NCBI GenBank assembly: GCA_903892035.1
Contig: CAITGV010000002.1
Coordinates: 65,714 to 129,713, forward strand
DNA length: 64,000 nucleotides
Direction: 5' to 3'
Source of the DNA: an uncultured bacterium
GTDB lineage: Bacteria > Patescibacteriota > Minisyncoccia > Phycocordibacterales > UBA9973
The notes below the pieces were generated by a model. It did not search any database, had not been told where the DNA came from, and was given only the letters and a program-made list of their open reading frames with translations. Of the stretch, positions 57,751-64,000 are shown piece by piece (position 1 is the stretch's first letter; each line of letters opens with the position of its first letter). The translations under genes were made by a program, and so were the position numbers.

Positions 57751-58299
57751 TTATTTTCTTAAAACTTCTATTCTTCCGTTTTCATTTATACGGATGAGTT
57801 TTGATGGTTTACCTAAAAGCCTGCCTCCTGCGATATATAAATCTACTTCATCTCCAAAATACTTTTTTGCTTGATCAATACTTTCAGCAGGTTTTAACCC
57901 TTCAATATTTGCAGATGGTGCAATGAGTGGACCAGTTTTTTTAAGAATATCATTTAATGATTTTTTATTTGGTAAACGAAATGCTAAAGAATTTGTGCCA
58001 CGATGTAAATATGTAAATTTTTTCGAAGTGCAAGGCAAAATAATACTCACCTTCCCTGGCCAATACGTATTTAGGGTTAATCCATTTGTACGAATAAATT
58101 TTTCACTAATACCAAATTTTTTTAAATCAGTAATTTTTGAAATTAATATAATACAAGGTTTATCAGGATTTCTTTTTCGTATTTCATATACCCTCTCAAC
58201 ACTTTTTTTATTCAGAGCATCAGCACAAATACCATATATAGTATCCGTCGGCATCACCACCACTCCTCCCTTTTTTATAATTTGTATAATGTCAAACAT
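57751..58299 (-). CDS. tsaC: Threonylcarbamoyl-AMP synthase (TsaC/Sua5/YrdC)
   Basis: PTDTIYG, KRNPDKP, WPG, PSAN. Confidence 0.9.
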   Translation of the reverse strand: MFDIIQIIKKGGVVVMPTDTIYGICADALNKKSVERVYEIRKRNPDKPCIILISKITDLKKFGISEKFIRTNGLTLNTYWPGKVSIILPCTSKKFTYLHRGTNSLAFRLPNKKSLNDILKKTGPLIAPSANIEGLKPAESIDQAKKYFGDEVDLYIAGGRLLGKPSKLIRINENGRIEVLRK

Positions 58300-59170
58300 T
58301 TTTTAATTTTAAATTATCTGTAAGTAATAGCACTCCAAAGGTCATTGGTATAAGTGATGTTATCTGCCACCAAGTTGGTGCTTGATGAAGAATTACAAAC
58401 GCAACAACAAGAGTTAGTAACGGTGCAATACTATTGAGTGCTAGTGCTTTTGTTACTGAAATACGATTAATAGCTTCAAGCCAAAGTATCTTATCAAGAC
58501 CAAAAATAATTACCCCGCTTACTAGTAAGTAGGGTAATGAAAGTATAACTTGATGAAATGCAACATGACTACCCATTATAAATGCAATAGCAAAGATAAT
58601 TGGTACAGAAAGAATACTTCGCAAAAAAAGAATAGACTCGGTACTAGCAATATTCTTTGCTTTTTGCTGAAACATATTACCAATTGGAGGAAAAAAAGTA
58701 GCTAAAAGAATTATAAAATCACCTGCTTGTATTCCATGAAAATTTGGCGCTAAAACTATGACTGCTCCCACAATCATGCAGAATACTCCTATTGAGTGTG
58801 TTCTCGATATATGATCTTTTTTTATTATGTGAAAAAATAGAAAAGAAGTAAGTATTTCAAAAAGCGCAATTATGCCTGCATTACCTGCTGTAGTTTTAGT
58901 TAATCCAATATAATATAGTGCGTAATAAAATATTCCAATAAAAACTACTACCCCAGATACATATTTCCAAAGTAAAATATTTTTAAAGTCATTCCAAGTT
59001 TTTTTATAAATTACTATCGCCAAGAAAAAAATTGAAGCAATGATAGTTGTCCATGCAAGCGAAAGTAGGCTTGGTAATCTTCCGTATGACAAAATTGTAA
59101 TGACAGGAAAAAAGGACCAAATCGATGCCGCAATATACATTATTATTTCACCTTTTCTTTCTTCTTTCAT
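58292..59170 (-). CDS. EamA/DMT family transporter
   Basis: About 10 TM helices in two EamA repeats. Confidence 0.85.
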   Translation of the reverse strand: MKEERKGEIIMYIAASIWSFFPVITILSYGRLPSLLSLAWTTIIASIFFLAIVIYKKTWNDFKNILLWKYVSGVVVFIGIFYYALYYIGLTKTTAGNAGIIALFEILTSFLFFHIIKKDHISRTHSIGVFCMIVGAVIVLAPNFHGIQAGDFIILLATFFPPIGNMFQQKAKNIASTESILFLRSILSVPIIFAIAFIMGSHVAFHQVILSLPYLLVSGVIIFGLDKILWLEAINRISVTKALALNSIAPLLTLVVAFVILHQAPTWWQITSLIPMTFGVLLLTDNLKLKNV

Positions 59171-59172
59171 AA

Positions 59173-59634
59173 CTATAATTTTAATTCATAGTCCATTCGT
59201 CCATCATCGTTTAATTTATCTTTTTTGATAAAATTAAATGATTCGTAGAGTGAAGCTGCAATTGGATTTCTAGTTGAAAGTCTAACCAATTTAAAATGCT
59301 TTTTTGCTTCATCTAATACCATATTAACTAAAACTTTCGATAAACCAAGTCCTCTGTATTTTTTTGCAACATATATATGCCTTACTCTTCCAACACTTCC
59401 ATCATTTCCTTCTAAATATGGATCAATATTTAATCCACCAATTGCAATGCATTCACTTCCAATAAATAAACCCCAAAATTTTTCACCTTGCTTGGAAAAT
59501 TTATTTGTTCCATCTTTCCACTCTCTTATACCTTTTTGAACAAGCTTATATCCATCTGGCAAAGCTTCCTCATTTAAAGGTTCCAATGAAAAAATATTTT
59601 CATCATTTATTTCAAGTATTTTATAGTCCAACAT
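59173..59634 (-). CDS. GNAT acetyltransferase
   Basis: RVRHIYVAKKYRGLGL, AASLYESFNF. Confidence 0.88.
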   Translation of the reverse strand: MLDYKILEINDENIFSLEPLNEEALPDGYKLVQKGIREWKDGTNKFSKQGEKFWGLFIGSECIAIGGLNIDPYLEGNDGSVGRVRHIYVAKKYRGLGLSKVLVNMVLDEAKKHFKLVRLSTRNPIAASLYESFNFIKKDKLNDDGRMDYELKL

Positions 59635-59635
59635 A

Positions 59636-60745
59636 TTAAATCTTAAATTCTATGACATCGCCATCTTTTACAATATATTCTTTTCCTTCAGTTCTTACTT
59701 TTCCTTTTGCGCGAGCCTCTCCATATGAACCAGCATCGAGGAGATCTATCCAAAATACAACTTCGGCACGGATAAATTTTTCTTTAAAATCTGTATGAAT
59801 TGCTTGACCTGCGACTGGTGCAGTAGAGCCAATTTTTACAGTCCAGGCGCGTGTTTCGTCTTCACCAGTTGTGAAATAACTCATTAAACCGAGAAGTTTA
59901 TATCCTTCAGAAATAAGAGCGTTGATGCCATCATTCTCACCGCCCATTTCACTTCTAAACATTTCTTTTTCTTCACCTTCAAAATCCTTCAATTCATCTT
60001 CAATTTTTGCATCGATAACAATCCAGCGTGAACCTGTACTTTCTATATAGTCAGTGAGCTCTTTGAAAACTTCTGGACTTGTCTCATCCAAATTTTTTGA
60101 ACCAGATCTTTTATTTAATCCATATAAAAATGGTTTCATTGTAAGAAAATTTAAATGCTTCATCATTGGAATTTCTTTTTCATCAAGCACAGTTGCATAT
60201 GCCATTTTTTCAGATTCGAGAGTTGCAATAACTTTTGCAAGTGCACCATCTTCAATAATTGCTTCTTTATCACCACGACGAACATCTTTTGAAATAGTGT
60301 TTTTATGTTTCAATGCCATTTCCAAATCAGACAAAATGAGTTCAAGATTTATAACAGTAATATCGCGAAGCGGATCAATGTCACCATATACGTGCATCAC
60401 ATCATTTGTTCCTCCGGCTTTCAACGGAAAAATTCGCACCATTTCTAATATGGCATCTGTCTCGCGAATATTTGAAAGAAATTTATTTCCAAGTCCTTCA
60501 CCTTTTGCTGCTCCAGCAACTAGACCTGCAATATCCACAAATTCAATTGCGGCTGGAATTGTTTTTGCTGATTTTGAAAAAGTAGATAGTTTTCCAACCC
60601 TCTCATCAGGCACAGGAACTATACCCACCGAAGGATCGATAGTACAAAAAGGGTAATTTTCAGCGGGTACACCTTTTTTAGTAAGTGCATTAAAGAGTGT
60701 CGATTTTCCGACATTTGGTAATCCAACAATTCCTATTTTTAACAT
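59636..60745 (-). CDS. ychF: Redox-regulated ATPase YchF
   Basis: GLPNVGKST, NYPFCTIDP, DIAGL, EGKEYIVKDGD. Confidence 0.97.
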   Translation of the reverse strand: MLKIGIVGLPNVGKSTLFNALTKKGVPAENYPFCTIDPSVGIVPVPDERVGKLSTFSKSAKTIPAAIEFVDIAGLVAGAAKGEGLGNKFLSNIRETDAILEMVRIFPLKAGGTNDVMHVYGDIDPLRDITVINLELILSDLEMALKHKNTISKDVRRGDKEAIIEDGALAKVIATLESEKMAYATVLDEKEIPMMKHLNFLTMKPFLYGLNKRSGSKNLDETSPEVFKELTDYIESTGSRWIVIDAKIEDELKDFEGEEKEMFRSEMGGENDGINALISEGYKLLGLMSYFTTGEDETRAWTVKIGSTAPVAGQAIHTDFKEKFIRAEVVFWIDLLDAGSYGEARAKGKVRTEGKEYIVKDGDVIEFKI

Positions 60746-60785
60746 GAAGTCAATATAGCAAAATATTGATAATAAGTCATTTATC

Positions 60786-63700
60786 TTACTTCCCCATCAA
60801 CATTTTCTTAATCAATGCTCTAGTAAGAGGTCCAAGTGCACCAGTCTGTTGAAGATGATTTGCTTTTTGGAATTTCTTTATAGCTGCCACAGTTTTTAGT
60901 CCGAGATAGTTAGTTTCCTTGCCTGGAGAACCTGAACCTGAACTAGAGATAACGAAGCCATTTGCATTTAGAAATTCTTGTAGTGCCTTTACTGTGAGAT
61001 TTGAGTTTCCAAAAGAAAGTGGATTTGTCAGTGATGTGAGAGGGTTTGCATTTATTCCACTAGTTATTTGATTTTGAATATTCAACGTGGGTGGAGTAAT
61101 TTTAGGTGGTGATATGAATACGAATCCTCCTCCATGAGGACATGATTGCGTTGTAAATGAAGAACCACTAGATGTTCCTGTTCCTGCTGTACTTGTAGCA
61201 TAGCTTCTGAAGTAATATGTAGTGCCACAAGAAAGTCCTGTGATGTTTGATGAGAAAGAATCTGCTCCAAAGTCTGCTGTTATTGTTGTGTTTGTATCAT
61301 AGAAGCCCGTTGTTCCGTAATTGAAACCGTGAACTGTAGAGTTTGCTCCGCCGGTTGAAGACACAGAACCATTTAAGGTGGCTGAGGTTTGGGTGATGTT
61401 TGTGGTGGTAGAAGTGGTGAGGGTTGGGGCGGTGGTTGAACTACCATATGCTGTGGACACATAATCACCATATAAAACATTCGCACTCACTTGATCACCC
61501 GTACCACTTGGATTTGTGTCTACTTCAAGCGGTCCACTGGCATTTCCCCACCAGTTTTCAGTAGCATCGACATCAATACCTGTATCGTTATAAGCTCCAT
61601 ATGCATTTCTAGAAATATTATTAAGATGAATTGCATGCCCAGTACCCCTATACACATATATTCCATAGCCAATATTTCCGTTATAAACAATATCATTTAT
61701 AATTGCAGAGCCAATAGTATTTCCCGTTATAGTTACATTATCTGAATCAAAATCTCCACCACCGATTTTTACTCCTGTCCATTTATTATACGCAACTATA
61801 TTATTTGTAACTTGAGTATAATCAGCACCTGCATCTATTCCTGCTGGCCCAGGACCTCCGGTATTAGAAATGAGACCGTTGTTGTATACAGTATTACCAT
61901 CTATGATATTTCCGTGACCCTCAGCAATAGTACTGTTAATATGAATAGTTATTCCATTTCGATAGTTATCATGAACAATATTTGAAGAGAATGTATTATC
62001 TTTTCCACGATCCTCAAAAACTCCATTGCTATCGTTATTATAAATTATATTTTCTAAAATTGTGTTGTTATCTGGATTCCCATCACAAAAATAATAATCA
62101 CACCCTCCATCTGAAATATTAATACCATCACCATCTGTGTCGTGAATATAATTTCCTGACACAGTATTATGCTTTGAACTTGCTATAAATATTCCATCAC
62201 CACTATTGTGCATATTGTTATTCGTAACTATATTTGACCCAGAATCTCCTCGAAGTACTATACTACGTCCTCCACCTACGATTTCATTATCGGTAATTGT
62301 TACATTACTTATAGAGGTGTGTGGACCATCATCACCAGAAGAATTACTTGCAACTCGGACCGCGGGACCACTCGTACAAATCTCATCGCCGTTTTGCTGT
62401 TTGATTATCATTCCAGATAATGTCGTATCGCTCGCTTGAACACTAAATACATAACCACAACTATTGTTAATAATTATTGCTGGATTTTCATTGTCTTTTC
62501 CTGGACCATTAATAATCACCGGAATATTGATGGCTATTATACCACCCGAAGTATACGTTCCTCCTGCCACAGTGATAGTACCTGCTGACGTAATATTTAT
62601 AAGCGCACTAGAAATATCTGCATATGCGTCCACTCCCCATATGTGACCATCGTTTTCACCTTCTGACGTGTAGGTACTATCAACATAAAAATGGCTAGTT
62701 AAAACTTCGGAAGAAAGATACGGATTATATATTATATTTGTACTTACTTGATCACCCGTACCGCCTGAGTTTGTATCTACTTCAAGTGGTCCACTAGCAT
62801 TTCCCCACCAGTTTGATGCAGCATCTACTTCAAAACCACTATTATTCAAAACACCATAGTCGATATTCCCGGAAATAATATTGTTATGAATTTGATGGCC
62901 ACTTCCAGAAAGAACATATATTCCTCTCTCTGTATTTCCTTCATAGGATGTTTCTCCAATTGTTGCTGTGCCGATCGTATTACCACTAACTATCACATAA
63001 TCAGTAGAACCATCACCACCAACTTGAATTCCATTTCTTCTATTGTGAGTAACAATGTTATTTAAAACTTGAGTATAACTTGTCATTACCTCAATACCAG
63101 ATGGGCCATATGGACCAGAATCAGCATATAAACCATTGTCGTAAATAGTATTACCTCTAATTATATTTTCATGTCCCGGACTTTGACTATTACTTTTTAT
63201 AGCAATTCCATGTTTGTAGTTTGCATAAATTGTATTGCCACTAAAAATATTATCTGAATCATTAGCTTCAATCAGAATACCGTCAAATCCATTATCATGA
63301 ATTATATTGCTCGAAACCGTATTGTCACTTGAATTTCCATCAAAACCATCTCCCCACCAAAAATGAACACCTGATTCACTGTTATTATATATAGTGTTGC
63401 CTGTAATTGTATTGTGCTTTGAACTTGTGAGCGAAACTCCGTCAGTATTGTCATGAACTATATTGTTTGAAATTGTTGAAGTATCAGAATTTCCGCGAAG
63501 TTGGATTCCTCTTTTCCCACCAGAAATATCATTCGCAGTAATTGTTGTATGTGTCGCATTGCCACCATCTCCAGCAACACGAATAACTGGTTTTCCCATA
63601 CAATATGTCTCATTATCGCCAGTAGTTTCCCTTATAAACAATCCAGAAATTGTCGAATAGCTAGCTTCAATGGAAAAAACATAATTACAATTATCATTAT

Positions 63701-64000
63701 TTATAACAATTGCGGGAGTACCACTTTCTATTCCAGGACCTATGATATTTATTGCCCTACTAATAGTTAGGGTATTTGAATCTACATATGTACCACCCGC
63801 TACGTGTACAGTTCCTCCAGTACCTACACCTGCAATTCCACTCGCTACGTTATCAAAAGCATCTACACCCCAAGTGTGACCATCATTTGCCCCTTCTGAA
63901 GTATATGTGCTATCAACGTAAACGTCAGTCAAAGTACTTTGATATGCATACACGACAGAAAGACTCGCATAGCCTCCATTTTCATAATATTCAACAACAA
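60786..64000 (-). CDS. Large surface protein (5'-partial): PA14-like tail, two beta-helix modules, Fn3-like and peptidoglycan-binding domains
   Basis: The frame stays open to the window end (VEYYENGGYASLSV); duplicated YVDSTYTSEG.NDGH.WGVDA...NWWGNASGP modules; C-terminal VKALQEFLN...AIKKFQ...GALGPLTR. Confidence 0.8.
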   Translation of the reverse strand, partial: VVEYYENGGYASLSVVYAYQSTLTDVYVDSTYTSEGANDGHTWGVDAFDNVASGIAGVGTGGTVHVAGGTYVDSNTLTISRAINIIGPGIESGTPAIVINNDNCNYVFSIEASYSTISGLFIRETTGDNETYCMGKPVIRVAGDGGNATHTTITANDISGGKRGIQLRGNSDTSTISNNIVHDNTDGVSLTSSKHNTITGNTIYNNSESGVHFWWGDGFDGNSSDNTVSSNIIHDNGFDGILIEANDSDNIFSGNTIYANYKHGIAIKSNSQSPGHENIIRGNTIYDNGLYADSGPYGPSGIEVMTSYTQVLNNIVTHNRRNGIQVGGDGSTDYVIVSGNTIGTATIGETSYEGNTERGIYVLSGSGHQIHNNIISGNIDYGVLNNSGFEVDAASNWWGNASGPLEVDTNSGGTGDQVSTNIIYNPYLSSEVLTSHFYVDSTYTSEGENDGHIWGVDAYADISSALINITSAGTITVAGGTYTSGGIIAINIPVIINGPGKDNENPAIIINNSCGYVFSVQASDTTLSGMIIKQQNGDEICTSGPAVRVASNSSGDDGPHTSISNVTITDNEIVGGGRSIVLRGDSGSNIVTNNNMHNSGDGIFIASSKHNTVSGNYIHDTDGDGINISDGGCDYYFCDGNPDNNTILENIIYNNDSNGVFEDRGKDNTFSSNIVHDNYRNGITIHINSTIAEGHGNIIDGNTVYNNGLISNTGGPGPAGIDAGADYTQVTNNIVAYNKWTGVKIGGGDFDSDNVTITGNTIGSAIINDIVYNGNIGYGIYVYRGTGHAIHLNNISRNAYGAYNDTGIDVDATENWWGNASGPLEVDTNPSGTGDQVSANVLYGDYVSTAYGSSTTAPTLTTSTTTNITQTSATLNGSVSSTGGANSTVHGFNYGTTGFYDTNTTITADFGADSFSSNITGLSCGTTYYFRSYATSTAGTGTSSGSSFTTQSCPHGGGFVFISPPKITPPTLNIQNQITSGINANPLTSLTNPLSFGNSNLTVKALQEFLNANGFVISSSGSGSPGKETNYLGLKTVAAIKKFQKANHLQQTGALGPLTRALIKKMLMGK

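Noticed and set aside
1-64000. Genetic code 25 (UGA=Gly) for the whole window
   Set aside because: Long genes are intact under code 11, and TGA ends several genes that overlap the next start.

Overview
AT-rich chromosomal segment with a gene content and style typical of Patescibacteria/CPR (probably Parcubacteria; this is inference, not a database result). It carries housekeeping genes (mnmA, typA, rseP, frr, mreB, priA, ybeY, ftsA/ftsZ, trxB, tsaD, valS, lepA, murJ, leuS, ychF), six tRNAs, a CsoR-regulated copper operon, eno with a pyruvate kinase-phosphoglycerate mutase fusion, and a vitamin B12 module (putative S-component, class II NrdJ, PduO, cobalamin riboswitch, two transcobalamin-like proteins). 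The most unusual signal is two paralogous RAYT-like HUH tyrosine transposase genes. Each is bracketed by its own 9-bp-stem/TAA-loop palindrome and also carries a matching copy of that palindrome inside its own reading frame, at the same protein position and inverted relative to the flanking copies. At the second locus a LysE gene is bracketed by the same palindrome like a cassette. Several other palindromic repeat families are inserted in frame in ybeY, copA, tsaD and leuS. Other leads are a PHPT1/Janus-like protein, a histidine-phosphatase domain inside ValS, a helicase-degenerate PriA and a GNAT gene with an in-frame UGA. Protein calls come from motif recognition by eye; no searches were run.
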